Notes under the pieces: generated by a model
The model's database searches: none
What the model was told of the DNA's origin: nothing
What the model saw: only the letters and a program-made list of their open reading frames with translations
Shown here: piece by piece, positions 10,062-21,668 of the stretch
How positions within the stretch are numbered: position 1 is the first letter of the stretch
How the letters are laid out: each line of letters begins with the position of its first letter
NCBI GenBank assembly: GCA_037444405.1
Contig: JBBIML010000008.1
Coordinates: 128,001-192,000, forward strand
Length of the DNA: 64,000 nucleotides
Source: Armatimonadota bacterium
Lineage (GTDB): Bacteria > Armatimonadota > Fimbriimonadia > Fimbriimonadales > GBS-DC
Reading direction: 5' to 3'
Position numbers and translations under genes: made by a program

Positions 10062-10796
10062 ATGCATCGGTGGCGTGGGTTGGGTGTGGTGTTATTCACA
10101 GGCGCATTGCTGGGCGCGGGCGGCTGGCTGGCGTATCGGTGGCTGTTCCCTGCTTACACCATCATCCGCCAGATGCACGCTGGCGAGCAGTGGCAGTACC
10201 ATCTGGTTCAATCACTGCAGCTGGGCAATCAGACCGCAACGCTGGATTTGCGCTACACCGAGACGGTTCAGAAGGTGAACCCTGACGGCAGCGCGATTGT
10301 GGAGCGCGTGCTGATAGCGGACCCGCAGACGCTCAGGGATTTGCAGGAAAGCGCGGCGCCGCTGGGCGCAATCCCTGTCCGCACCCGCTGGCGCATCAGC
10401 CCGCAAGGCGAGGAGACGCCGCTCATCAATAACGCTGCTGTCCTGACGCTCGGCTCGTCCAGCAAGCGCCTGATGCCGCCCAAAGCGGTGCGAATCGGCG
10501 AGCAGTGGGAGCGCGAGAGCCAGATAGGAAGCCTCAAGATTCGCGCCCGCTGCCAGCTGAAACGCATCGTGCCGATCGATGGCGTGCCTTGCTACGAAAT
10601 CACAGCGACACTCGAATCGCCACCCGACTCGCTGCCCAGAGTGCAGGGGCACCTCACCTGCTATCTGGACCGTCGAACGGGCTGGACGCGCAAGGAACAG
10701 GGTACAATAGTGATGACCTCTGGCACGGTGCAGTTCAGCAGCCAGGTAAGCCTGAAGGGGCGGCGCATCCGTGCGGGTCAGCAACCGAAGGAGTGA
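10062..10796 (+). CDS. Hypothetical membrane-anchored beta-rich protein
   Basis: N-terminal TM helix; LMPPKAVRIGEQWE resembles LFPDKAVKIGDKWN of 32870..33595; ATG 8 nt after a -10 box. Confidence 0.7.
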   Translation: MHRWRGLGVVLFTGALLGAGGWLAYRWLFPAYTIIRQMHAGEQWQYHLVQSLQLGNQTATLDLRYTETVQKVNPDGSAIVERVLIADPQTLRDLQESAAPLGAIPVRTRWRISPQGEETPLINNAAVLTLGSSSKRLMPPKAVRIGEQWERESQIGSLKIRARCQLKRIVPIDGVPCYEITATLESPPDSLPRVQGHLTCYLDRRTGWTRKEQGTIVMTSGTVQFSSQVSLKGRRIRAGQQPKE

Positions 10797-10799
10797 GGT

Positions 10800-11300
10800 A
10801 TGGATAGCCGAGAGCGATTGTGTCCCGTATGTCAGGTGAACCTTGTGCCGCAGACCCATCTGGGCATCACCATCGATGTGTGCCCGACCTGCGCGGGCAT
10901 CTGGTTCGATGCCGATGAACTGCCGCGCCTGCGCGAGCTGGATCCCACCGCGCTGCCGCGCATCGACCACCTTTATCAGCCGACCGTCGAGCGCTATGAG
11001 GGCGCGGGCGACCGGCTCTGCCCCGTGTGCCGCGTGCCGATGTATCGCTACAACTATCTCTACACCAGCAACATCGCGCTGGATGGCTGTGACCTCTGCG
11101 GAGGCGTGTGGGTCGATCACGGCGAGCTGGTCAAGATGGATCAGCTGGCGAAAGATGCCCGCGCAATGGAGATCCCACCAGAAACGAAGGCGCAGATAGC
11201 AATCGTCCAGATGGAAGCCGAGATGAGGGAGGCGCAGGAACGCGCCCGATTCTGGGAAGGGCTGTTCGCCTTCATGAGAGCACGCCCCTGGTTCCCCTGA
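10800..11300 (+). CDS. Double zf-TFIIB-like zinc ribbon protein
   Basis: Two repeats of CPVC...D.C..C.G.W.D..EL. Confidence 0.85.
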   Translation: MDSRERLCPVCQVNLVPQTHLGITIDVCPTCAGIWFDADELPRLRELDPTALPRIDHLYQPTVERYEGAGDRLCPVCRVPMYRYNYLYTSNIALDGCDLCGGVWVDHGELVKMDQLAKDARAMEIPPETKAQIAIVQMEAEMREAQERARFWEGLFAFMRARPWFP

Positions 11301-11306
11301 AAAGCG

Positions 11307-12173
11307 ATGGAGCCATTATCCAGCGGCATCTACACCGCGCTGCTCACCCCCTTCACCAGCGATGGCGCGATCGATGAGCCGTTGCTAATCCGCCTGCTGG
11401 CGTTTCAGGAGGCAGCGGGCGTGCAGGGCGTGGTGATTGGCGGCACAACAGGCGAGGGACCCTCCCTCAGCGCGCCCGAAAAGGTCGCGCTGTACGAGCT
11501 GGCGTCGCGCACGCGCGGGCAACTGCGCATTATCGCTGGCATTCTGTGCTGTAGCCTGCCTGAGGCGCTCTATCTGGCACGCGCGGCGGCACGCGCCAGC
11601 TGCGACGCGCTGATGGTCGCTCCACCCTTCTACTACCGCGCCTCCTTGCAGGGGCTGATCGCCTACTATCGCGCCCTGCTGGAGGCAACCGGGCTGCCCA
11701 TGATTCTCTACAACATCCCGCAGCTCACGCGCACGCCCATCCCCATCGAGCTGGTGGAAGCCCTGCTGAGCTTTTCGAACCTGCTGGGCGTCAAGGATAG
11801 CTCGGGTGACGCCGAATCACTGGGGGCGTATCTGCGCTTTGCGCCGCGCCTGAAGGTGTGGGTCGGCGAGGAAAAGCTGCTGTTGAGCAACCTGCAGGGC
11901 GGCGGCGCAGGCAGCATCAGTGGGCTGGCGAATGTGTTCCCCGAACGCATGGTCGCCACCTATCGCGCCTTCTGTGAGGGGCGCGACGCCAGCGGCTTAC
12001 AGCAACTTATCGACGAGGCTGCCGACGCCCTCGACGCCTTCCCCGCGCCCGCCAACTTCAAATACGCGCTCACCCTGCGCGGGCTACCCTTCAGCCATGT
12101 GCGCCCACCCCTGTGCGACCTCACCGAATCGGAACAGACCGCGCTCAAAACCGCCATCCAGCCCTATCTCTGA
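11307..12173 (+). CDS. DapA (DHDPS)-family aldolase/lyase
   Basis: ALLTPF, GTTGEGPSLS, PPFYY, LYNIP, GVKDSSGD. Confidence 0.9.
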   Translation: MEPLSSGIYTALLTPFTSDGAIDEPLLIRLLAFQEAAGVQGVVIGGTTGEGPSLSAPEKVALYELASRTRGQLRIIAGILCCSLPEALYLARAAARASCDALMVAPPFYYRASLQGLIAYYRALLEATGLPMILYNIPQLTRTPIPIELVEALLSFSNLLGVKDSSGDAESLGAYLRFAPRLKVWVGEEKLLLSNLQGGGAGSISGLANVFPERMVATYRAFCEGRDASGLQQLIDEAADALDAFPAPANFKYALTLRGLPFSHVRPPLCDLTESEQTALKTAIQPYL

Positions 12174-12189
12174 AACGGAGGCAACGCCG

Positions 12190-13215
12190 ATGCGAATCGC
12201 CTTCTTCGATCTGGAGGAGTGGCAGGCAGATTATCTGCGAAACGGCTTGGCTCAGCTGGGGCTTGCCCAGCGCGTGCAGGCACAATACAGCACTGACCAT
12301 CTAACCCTTGAGGCGTGCGAGCGCTACGCCGACTGCGAGGCAATCGCCGTCTTCGTGTGGACGAAACTGACCCGCGAGATTATCGATCAGCTGCCGCGCC
12401 TGCGCCTGATCCTCACAATGTCCACAGGCTATGACCACATCGATCTGGACGCCTGTCGGGAGCGGGGCATCACGGTGTGCAATGTGCCCCATTATGGCGA
12501 GAACACGGTTGCCGAGCATACCTTCGCGCTCATCTTATCGCTCTCGCGGCGGCTGCGAGCGGTGCAGGAATGGCTTCAGCAGCCCTCGCGCAGTATCGCT
12601 GAGCTGCGCGGGTTCGATCTGTACGGCAAGACGCTCGGCGTGATAGGCGCAGGCAATATCGGGCTGCATGTGATTCGCATCGCGCGCGGGTTCGGCATGC
12701 GCGTGCTGGCGTACGATGTGCGCCCACAACCCCTGCTGGCGGAGGTGCTGGGCTTCACCTACACCGATCTGGAGACGCTCCTGCGCGAATCGGACATCGT
12801 GTCGCTCCATGTGCCCGCCACGCCAGAGACCCATCATCTGATCAATCGCGACACGCTCAGCAAGATGAAGCGCGGCGCGTTGCTGATTAACACGGCGCGG
12901 GGGAGCGTGGTGGACACAGAAGCCCTGCTGTGGGCGCTGGACGAGGGCATCCTGGCAGGCGCAGGGCTGGATGTGATTGAGGGCGAGGAGTATATCAAGG
13001 AGGAGAGCGCGCTTCTGAAAGCGCCCGTCGCCGAGCAGACGCTACGCAAGGTGGTGCAGGCGTACCTGCTGATGCGCCGCGAGAATGTGGTCTTCACGCC
13101 CCATATCGCCTTCAACAGCCGCGAAGCCGTGCAGCGCATTCTGGACACCACCCTGCAGAACCTGAAAGCCTTCCTGCAGGGTCAGCCGCAGAATGCGGTG
13201 CCCCATCCCCACTGA
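12190..13215 (+). CDS. D-2-hydroxyacid dehydrogenase (D-lactate dehydrogenase-like)
   Basis: STGYDHID, GVIGAGNIG, LINTARG, GLDVIEGE, TPHIAF; GGAGG RBS before ATG 12190. Confidence 0.9.
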   Translation: MRIAFFDLEEWQADYLRNGLAQLGLAQRVQAQYSTDHLTLEACERYADCEAIAVFVWTKLTREIIDQLPRLRLILTMSTGYDHIDLDACRERGITVCNVPHYGENTVAEHTFALILSLSRRLRAVQEWLQQPSRSIAELRGFDLYGKTLGVIGAGNIGLHVIRIARGFGMRVLAYDVRPQPLLAEVLGFTYTDLETLLRESDIVSLHVPATPETHHLINRDTLSKMKRGALLINTARGSVVDTEALLWALDEGILAGAGLDVIEGEEYIKEESALLKAPVAEQTLRKVVQAYLLMRRENVVFTPHIAFNSREAVQRILDTTLQNLKAFLQGQPQNAVPHPH

Positions 13216-13230
13216 ACCAGCCAGACCGCG

Positions 13231-13265
13231 TGCGGGAGAGAGGGCAAGCATTCCCCTCTCCCGCA
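13231..13265. repeat. Family A-related hairpin between convergent genes (possible terminator)
   Basis: TGCGGGAGAGAGGG-N8-CCCCTCTCCCGCA. Confidence 0.6.
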
Positions 13266-13301
13266 GTGTTGGAGCAAGTGCAGGGGCGAAAGATTGTGCC
13301 C

Positions 13302-14087
13302 TTACATTTCGCGGGCGCAGTTGGGGGTGTAGCCGCCCGCGTCGGGGAAGGGGATCATCGGGCAGAAGTAGTGCGCGGGGATGGTCTGCTGGCACTCGCG
13401 CACGCGCTCGACGGTGTGCGTCGCTCTCAGCCAGCGGGCGTGCCCATCAAAGAACGCCAGGTTCGCGCCGTTAAAGTGGGCAATCGTGGGGCAGTTGAAG
13501 TAGCGCCCTGCCGTATCGAAGGCGGTCAAATCACCGTCGTTAAGTGTCGCCTGCTCGTCGACCAGCTCGGCGAACTGCGCGGGGCGCTCCACCACAGCTT
13601 CAGGGATGAAGCCTGCCACATAGTTAAGCGAATAGCTTAGCCGTTTTTCCATCCCACGGCGGTCGGTCGGGCAGATGTAGACCGACTCGTTGCGCACATA
13701 GGGGTAGAGCGCACCCTGCTTCACGCCCGTCTCACGCCAGCGTGTGCCCACGGGCGCGTTCGGGTCCAGCGGCGGGTAGATGACCCAGTGGCAGGGAACC
13801 CAGTGCCCTTCAGCCGTGCTGTAGATGCCGCCGATCCAGTGCGGATAGAACCGCCGGTCGATGGTGCCCGGGCAGTAGGTTCCGTCGCCCATGCCAGGGT
13901 TGCGCCCGTCAAAATCGGCGCGATAGAGCGTGAAGGCGGTACCCAGCTGGCGCAGGTTGTTCAGGCAGTGGCTCTGGCGAGCCTTCTCCCGCGCCCGACT
14001 CAGCACGGGAAACAGCAACGCTGCCAGCACCGCGATGATTGCAATCACAACCAGCAGCTCTATCAGGGTGAACGCATGGCGTCGCAT
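13302..14087 (-). CDS. Prepilin-type N-terminal cleavage / DUF1559-like protein with H-X9-DG motif
   Basis: [41 protein letters not shown]-terminal [13 protein letters not shown]. Confidence 0.9.
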   Translation of the reverse strand: MRRHAFTLIELLVVIAIIAVLAALLFPVLSRAREKARQSHCLNNLRQLGTAFTLYRADFDGRNPGMGDGTYCPGTIDRRFYPHWIGGIYSTAEGHWVPCHWVIYPPLDPNAPVGTRWRETGVKQGALYPYVRNESVYICPTDRRGMEKRLSYSLNYVAGFIPEAVVERPAQFAELVDEQATLNDGDLTAFDTAGRYFNCPTIAHFNGANLAFFDGHARWLRATHTVERVRECQQTIPAHYFCPMIPFPDAGGYTPNCAREM

Positions 14088-14121
14088 AGAGCACCTCTTA
14101 TCATCGGGCAGGATGCCCGCG

Positions 14122-15729
<1,608 letters not shown>

Positions 15730-15746
15730 CGGCAACCGCCTCCTCC

Positions 15747-16475
15747 TTATCGCCCGCCGCCCGATGGGGGTGTAGCGGGCGCAGGCTCGGTCGTCAGGCT
15801 GAAAGTCTGCTCGGTCACGGGCACATTCGGCGTCGGCTCGAATTCCATCACCATCACGAACTGCGCGGGCTGCTCCTCCAGCTTCACCTGCGTGACAATC
15901 TTGATGCGGCGCATCAACAGGGTGCTTTTGTCGATGACGAACTCCCACTCATTGATGCGCTCCTTTTCGCCGCGCACGCGCCCGCCCAGCACGACCTGCT
16001 TCTCGTCTTCAGAGACCACGCGCAGGTTGGTAATCTCCTGCTTCATCTTCTCCCAGCTGCTTTTGCCGCCCAGCGCAAAGACGATATCGTAGGGTGTGAA
16101 GGCATCGAGGCTGGCTAACCCCTCCAGCAGGGCAAGTCCCGACCCCTGCACAGCGACGGTGCGCTCGCCGCTTTTGAGCGTCTTGCCGTCCGATATGAAG
16201 CGCGTGCCCTCCTCTCTGGAGAGCGCGTCTTTAATGAGGAGGTTGATTTGCGCAGGGGGTTGCAGAGTGTAGGCATAGAGGAACTTCTGGATGGTCTCGC
16301 CCTGTGGGTTTCTGGGTGTGATGAGCTGGAGGGTGACGGTGGTTTTGCTCTGCAGGCTTTTGAGCGTGCCGTAGGTGTTGACGCTGCGCTCCAGCCACTC
16401 GTTCGCCTTGCTGTCTATCTGCGCCGACGCACCGATGCACAGCATCAGCAGTCCAATCGCCCCTATCACTCGCAT
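15747..16475 (-). CDS. Hypothetical secreted protein, possibly LolA-like fold
   Basis: Signal peptide; [12 protein letters not shown] and [10 protein letters not shown] pattern typical of LolA-like proteins. Confidence 0.6.
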   Translation of the reverse strand: MRVIGAIGLLMLCIGASAQIDSKANEWLERSVNTYGTLKSLQSKTTVTLQLITPRNPQGETIQKFLYAYTLQPPAQINLLIKDALSREEGTRFISDGKTLKSGERTVAVQGSGLALLEGLASLDAFTPYDIVFALGGKSSWEKMKQEITNLRVVSEDEKQVVLGGRVRGEKERINEWEFVIDKSTLLMRRIKIVTQVKLEEQPAQFVMVMEFEPTPNVPVTEQTFSLTTEPAPATPPSGGGR

Positions 16476-16485
16476 AGCGGTTAAG

Positions 16486-16507
16486 AGTGTACCCGTATGG
16501 GTACACT
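16486..16507. promoter_or_regulatory. Palindromic pair of divergent -10 boxes (GGGTACACT on both strands)
   Basis: AGTGTACCC-GTAT-GGGTACACT in a 50 bp divergent intergenic gap. Confidence 0.6.
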
Positions 16508-16525
16508 TTAATGGAGGGAACAGCG

Positions 16526-17734
16526 ATGAACGCGAACTTTCAGCAGTGGCTCCAGCAGAGCATCGAGGAGCTGAAGGCACAGAATCTCTATAAGCAGCCG
16601 CCCGTGCTGGAGAGTCCGCAGGGCGGGCGCGTGAAAATCGGCGGGCGCTGGCTGATCAACCTCGCCTCCAACAATTATCTGGGGCTGGCGAACGACCCGC
16701 GCGTGGTGCAGGCAGCCGTCGACGCTGCGCTCAAATGGGGCGCGGGCGCAGGCGCCGTGCGCTGGCTCGGTGGCACCAACGAACTGCACGACCTGCTCGA
16801 ACAGAAACTCGCCGAGTTCAAAAAGACCGAAGCCGTGCTGGTGTTCCAATCAGGGCACAACGCTAACTCCGGCACCATCCCCGCCTGCTTCGGCGAGGGC
16901 GATGTGATTATCTCCGATGAACTGAACCACGCCAGCATCATCGACGGCGTGCGACTCAGCAACGCTAAATACAAAAAGAGTGAAGGCTATGTCTATCAGC
17001 ACAAAGATATGAACCATCTGGAGGACATCCTCAAGCGGTGTAAGGAGTTCCGGAAGCGACTGATTGTGACCGATGGCGTGTTCAGCATGGATGGCGATAT
17101 AGCGCCGCTGCCGGAGATTGTGGCGTTGGCGGAGAAGTACGACGCGGTGGTAATGGTGGACGATGCGCACGCTTCGGGCGTGCTGGGCGAGCATGGCAGC
17201 GGCACCACAAGCCATTTTGGGCTGTACGGGCGCGTGGACATCCAGCTGGGCACGCTCTCCAAAGCGCTGGGCGTGGTCGGGGGCTATATCGCGGGCAGTC
17301 GCCTGCTGAAAGAGTGGCTGATCAACCGTGCGCGTCCCTATCTGTTCAGCACGGCGCTGCCGCCCGCCGCCGTGGGCGCCCTGCTCAAGGCGATCGAGAT
17401 TCTGATGACTGACCCGGAGCCGATGCGCCGCCTGTGGGATAATGCCCGCTACTGGAAGGAGAACCTCCAGCGGCTGGGCTTCGACACGATGGGTTCCGAG
17501 ACGCCCATCACGCCCGTGTTCTGCGGCGAGGAGGCGATTGCCCAGCAGATGGAGGTTCGCCTGCGCGAGGAGGGCGTGTTCACACTGGGGATTGTGTACC
17601 CCACCGTGCCGCGGGGCAAGGCGCGCGTGCGCACCATGCCCAACGCCACCCATACCCGCGAGGACCTGGACGACGCGCTGAACGCCTTCGAGAAAGTCGG
17701 CAAAGCGCTGGGACTGATCAATCGCTGGGTGTGA
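16526..17734 (+). CDS. Glycine C-acetyltransferase / 8-amino-7-oxononanoate synthase family PLP enzyme
   Basis: [45 protein letters not shown]. Confidence 0.92.
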   Translation: MNANFQQWLQQSIEELKAQNLYKQPPVLESPQGGRVKIGGRWLINLASNNYLGLANDPRVVQAAVDAALKWGAGAGAVRWLGGTNELHDLLEQKLAEFKKTEAVLVFQSGHNANSGTIPACFGEGDVIISDELNHASIIDGVRLSNAKYKKSEGYVYQHKDMNHLEDILKRCKEFRKRLIVTDGVFSMDGDIAPLPEIVALAEKYDAVVMVDDAHASGVLGEHGSGTTSHFGLYGRVDIQLGTLSKALGVVGGYIAGSRLLKEWLINRARPYLFSTALPPAAVGALLKAIEILMTDPEPMRRLWDNARYWKENLQRLGFDTMGSETPITPVFCGEEAIAQQMEVRLREEGVFTLGIVYPTVPRGKARVRTMPNATHTREDLDDALNAFEKVGKALGLINRWV

Positions 17735-17744
17735 GTGCCAGCCA

Positions 17745-18423
17745 TCCGCACGAAGTCGAGACACTCCTGAATAACCTGCGCACGTACCGCATTGTCCACA
17801 TGGTGGAACAGATGATCCATGGCGGTCAGCACACCGCCATCGGGAGCAATCAGATGTTCCTCGCTGGTGCGTCCCTCCACACCACCGAACGGTTTCAGCC
17901 CCCAGCAAATCTGCTCGATGTCGTCTTCTCGAAACGACTTCGGCAGCCGAATCGAGTCGCCCGTACGATAGCGTACCAGAGGCATCGCCAGGTTCCACAG
18001 GGAGGTGCCCACGATTTCGTAGAGAATCTCATCGCCTGACTCTTCCACCGGGACGAGCTCCACGAGGGCATAGCCCGGCAGGCAGTAGTATTCGCCAGGC
18101 TGAAGGGCATAGGCGAAGGCAACGCGCTCTGCCTGACCATAGTAATCGACTCAGTATGCACCTAAGGTGTCGTTCAGTAGGCGCGCCAGCATAGGGCTGG
18201 GTTTCTCGGAAAAAGTAATGCAGTAGGGTATCGAGAGATGTGCCCCCTCCAGAAGTACAAGACGGCACAGCGATTCGACACAGGAAGGATAAGCCAGGAG
18301 GCACTGTGGTTGAAACTGCTGCAGCGCCTGCTGAAAATAGGGGAGCGTTTTGCGATTAAGGTGATTGGAAGAGAGCACCCGTCGCCGACCACCCATATCG
18401 TCTTGCCAGAAAGGCGGCTTCAT
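17745..18423 (-). pseudogene. Truncated phenylacetate-CoA ligase / CapK-like gene remnant with an internal stop
   Basis: One frame reads ...CLLAYPS...TLGAY*VDYYGQAERV...GTSLWNLAMPLVRYRTGD...EGR; TGA at 18151-18153; N- and C-terminal parts are missing. Confidence 0.8.
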
Positions 18424-18443
18424 GAGCGGTATAATCTTCAGCG

Positions 18444-19553
18444 ATGCGCGTTTTGATTATCGGACCTGGCACGGATGTGCGCGGCGGAGTGGCGAGTGTG
18501 ATTCGCCTGATGCTTAAGTACCCTCCAAAGGGGGTTCAACTGCTCATGCAGCCGACTTTGCGCTCTGCCGGCGCCGCCTCCCACCTCCCCCGATGGCATC
18601 CCCTCTACTATCTTAAAGTGACTAACAACCTGACATTTTTCCTGCGCGCGCTGAGTGCGATTCAAAGCGTTGCAGCAACGGTCGACTTAGCGCATGTGCA
18701 TGTATCGAGTTATGGGAGTACTTTTCGTAAATATTTTATATCTAAAAAGTTAGTTGAAAATAATATACCTTTTATTTTGCATAATCATGGTGGCAGGTAT
18801 GCTCGTTTTTACAGTCGCTTGCCGGAAATGCTGAAGAGGCGGATTATCCAGATGTTCCGCTGGGCGAAGGGAGCGATAGTGCTGTCTCAACAATCGCATC
18901 AGTTCCACCGCCAGATAGTAGGTGATCCAGGCTATCCTATCTGGATTGTGCCGAATCCTATTGAAAGGCCGTCCGTACTTTCCCTGCCCCCACCGCCACC
19001 CCCGTTGCGTTTGCTCTTTCTGGGGCGCCTTGATTCGAACAAGGGCGCCGACAGAGCTCTTCAAGCGCTGGCTCTGCTACCAGCGGACGTGCGCTCGCAG
19101 GTGCGCCTCTACATGGCAGGCGATGGTGCCGTGGAAGCGATGCAGGATTTGGCGCGCCAGCTGGGAATCTCGGAACAGGTCGAGATACGCTCCTGGATCG
19201 AGGGCGATGAGAAGGAGCGCTGGTTGCGCGAGAGTCATGTTTTTACTTTACCGTCACGGGCGGAAGGATTACCGATGGCAATGTTAGAGGCAATGGCATA
19301 TGGGAAGGCGGTGATTGCCAGTTCTGTGGGCGGGATCCCTGAATGGCTCACGGAAGGGCAGGAAGGATTTCTGGTGTCGCCAGATGATATACCGGCGCTC
19401 AGTGAGGCGATACAACGGTTGGTTGAAGCGCCCGAGCTCTGTCGCCAGATGGGGTTACGCGCGCACCAGCGTGTGGAACCGCTCTCGGTGGAGAACTATT
19501 GCCAGCAGCTTCGGGACATCTACGAACAGGTGTTGGTGGGCACGAGCAGGTAA
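18444..19553 (+). CDS. Glycosyltransferase family 4
   Basis: GGVASV, LFLGRL...KG, LPSRAEGLPMAMLEAMAYG. Confidence 0.92.
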   Translation: MRVLIIGPGTDVRGGVASVIRLMLKYPPKGVQLLMQPTLRSAGAASHLPRWHPLYYLKVTNNLTFFLRALSAIQSVAATVDLAHVHVSSYGSTFRKYFISKKLVENNIPFILHNHGGRYARFYSRLPEMLKRRIIQMFRWAKGAIVLSQQSHQFHRQIVGDPGYPIWIVPNPIERPSVLSLPPPPPPLRLLFLGRLDSNKGADRALQALALLPADVRSQVRLYMAGDGAVEAMQDLARQLGISEQVEIRSWIEGDEKERWLRESHVFTLPSRAEGLPMAMLEAMAYGKAVIASSVGGIPEWLTEGQEGFLVSPDDIPALSEAIQRLVEAPELCRQMGLRAHQRVEPLSVENYCQQLRDIYEQVLVGTSR

Positions 19554-19610
19554 AATAAGTGGCATCGCGCCGGGCAATTGATGGAACGAACGAAACGGAG
19601 GTCAAACGGT

Positions 19611-21668
19611 ATGCTACGGCACTGGTTCGTTGGAGCTTTGGGAGTCGTTTTGTGGAGCGGACTGTGGGCGCAACAGAGCGCTCCAATCAACTTTATTGCC
19701 AGGGCGACTGCGTGCGAGCTGGATGCCAATAAAGATGGGCGCTGCGACTACTGGTACGCAAGTTTCTATGAGGGGGTCTCCAGTGACCATGTCCAGCTGA
19801 GTTTAGACAATGTTGTTCGATTCAGTGGGACTGCCAGTCAGAAAATCCGTCTGCAGCGAAATAGCGGGAATGCAGGATTTTTTGTAATCTTTACTTCGGT
19901 GAACTTTAATTCACCCTTCAAGCCTCAGGTCGGCGAGGCGCTTTTGACGAAAGTCGCAATTCGTGCCGAAGGGTTTCAGAACGCTACCTACCAGGTATAC
20001 ATCACCACAGGATCGCGCCGCATTCATCTGCTTCCAGAGACCAGCCAGGATACGGGCGGCTGGCAGCAGCTATCCGCAGCAGCGCCTGTTGAACTGGATC
20101 AAGATGGGGCTCCCTATTTCTCTCTGGTAGTGGAATTTCGTGTGCAGGATGGCGCGGCAAGCGGCACATTCTGGATTGACGAGGCGTACATGCTTTCCGC
20201 TCGGACAGTTCAACGAGCTAATCAGCTGCCGAACGGGCTAAAACTCTGCTTCTCCTTCCTGTATCGAGAACAAGATCCCTACGCATATTTGAACAATCTC
20301 CTGTTCAAGGTTGTTATGGGTGCCAACCAGATGGGCCAGGTGCTTCAGCGCCTCTACCCCGACACAGTGTGGATGCCGTACTGCTACTTTTCAGGCACCC
20401 TGGTGCCGCCAATTTATCGATACAACTCAGACCTTTACAATTATGATGATGTTCTCCAGAACCATCCTGACTGGTTTTTGCTGGACCAGGACGGACAGCG
20501 TATCCCTTACGGTGAGGCCTACTACATCGATGTTGGGCGCCAGGATGTACGCGAGCGTGCATGGCAGAGCCTGCGCGACTTTTTGAATCGATGCGGACGC
20601 CCGCGCTATGTCTATCTGGATAATGTAGATATGCGAGTGGGTCCAGATCGCTTCAATCCGCCGAATTACCCTACGAATGAGGCATGGGTGAACGCAGTTG
20701 TCGGGTGGTTCGAATATGTAGGCAGTCGCGTAAGACAGGAGTTCGGCACGACTTTCGTTCCGAATGCCGCCTGGTCGCCTGCATTCTGGTTGCGCGGCAT
20801 TCCGGGCGTCTCACAGGACGCGCCTGGCGTCGCCACCCTGCCCTACATAGGCGGTTTTCTCATCGAACACGCCTTCACGCACGCGCGGTCGAATGGTCAA
20901 ACCACGATCAGCAACTACGGTACCGCTACGGGTACCAATGGACCGCAGCGCTGGGATAACTGGGCGCTACGGAACGCAATTCGCCTCGCCACAGAGTATC
21001 CAGAGAAGATTGTCATTTTGATGCCTACATTCTGGACGAACGCGCCCGACAGCCGTCAGAAAATTCGATTTGCAATCGCGATGTGCCTGATTGTTCAACA
21101 TGAGAACACCTATATCCAGTTAGACCCGCGCTATCAGCAAGAAGAGTATCGTACAGGTTATTTTCCGCCCGAGCTGTTTATTCCGCTCGGCAATCCCACT
21201 GGCAACTTCCGCATTCAGGACGGCGATATTATCGTTGGGGGGTTGTTCATTCGTGAATATCAGAACGGGATTGTGCTGGCAAATCCGCGCTCGGACCGCG
21301 ACTTCACTTTCGTAGTACCACGCGACCTTTATGACTGGGATCGCAACCTCATTCGGGCAGGAAACCAGATAACCATTCCTCGCCAGACGGGGCTGGTACT
21401 GTGGTCAGCGCCAGAGATTACGGTCTCGCTTTCTCCGGAAGCGACCGAAGTGCTACCCGGAGCAACTGTTCAGTTCACGGTGACCTATCGCAACACAGGC
21501 ACAGCGCCGGGCACGAATGTGCGCATCGCTGTGCCGCTGCCTGATGGGATGACGCTGGTCAGCAGCGACCCGCCAGCCCAGCTGGAGAACCGCACGATAG
21601 TGTGGACTGTACCCAGCATTCCCGTTAATGGCACGGGTAGCCTGCGGTTCACTGTGCGCGTGCAGTGA
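19611..21668 (+). CDS. Secreted protein: CBM-like domain, putative glycoside hydrolase (GHL15-like) domain and C-terminal DUF11-like domain
   Basis: Signal peptide; HPDWFLLD..G...YYIDVG...VYLDN; C-terminal PGATVQFTVTYRNTG...LPDGMTLVS; GGAGG RBS before ATG 19611. Confidence 0.65.
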   Translation: MLRHWFVGALGVVLWSGLWAQQSAPINFIARATACELDANKDGRCDYWYASFYEGVSSDHVQLSLDNVVRFSGTASQKIRLQRNSGNAGFFVIFTSVNFNSPFKPQVGEALLTKVAIRAEGFQNATYQVYITTGSRRIHLLPETSQDTGGWQQLSAAAPVELDQDGAPYFSLVVEFRVQDGAASGTFWIDEAYMLSARTVQRANQLPNGLKLCFSFLYREQDPYAYLNNLLFKVVMGANQMGQVLQRLYPDTVWMPYCYFSGTLVPPIYRYNSDLYNYDDVLQNHPDWFLLDQDGQRIPYGEAYYIDVGRQDVRERAWQSLRDFLNRCGRPRYVYLDNVDMRVGPDRFNPPNYPTNEAWVNAVVGWFEYVGSRVRQEFGTTFVPNAAWSPAFWLRGIPGVSQDAPGVATLPYIGGFLIEHAFTHARSNGQTTISNYGTATGTNGPQRWDNWALRNAIRLATEYPEKIVILMPTFWTNAPDSRQKIRFAIAMCLIVQHENTYIQLDPRYQQEEYRTGYFPPELFIPLGNPTGNFRIQDGDIIVGGLFIREYQNGIVLANPRSDRDFTFVVPRDLYDWDRNLIRAGNQITIPRQTGLVLWSAPEITVSLSPEATEVLPGATVQFTVTYRNTGTAPGTNVRIAVPLPDGMTLVSSDPPAQLENRTIVWTVPSIPVNGTGSLRFTVRVQ

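Noticed and set aside
18151..18153. Selenocysteine or read-through TGA
   Set aside because: The gene is truncated at both ends, the position is not a catalytic Cys site, and no SECIS-like hairpin is evident.
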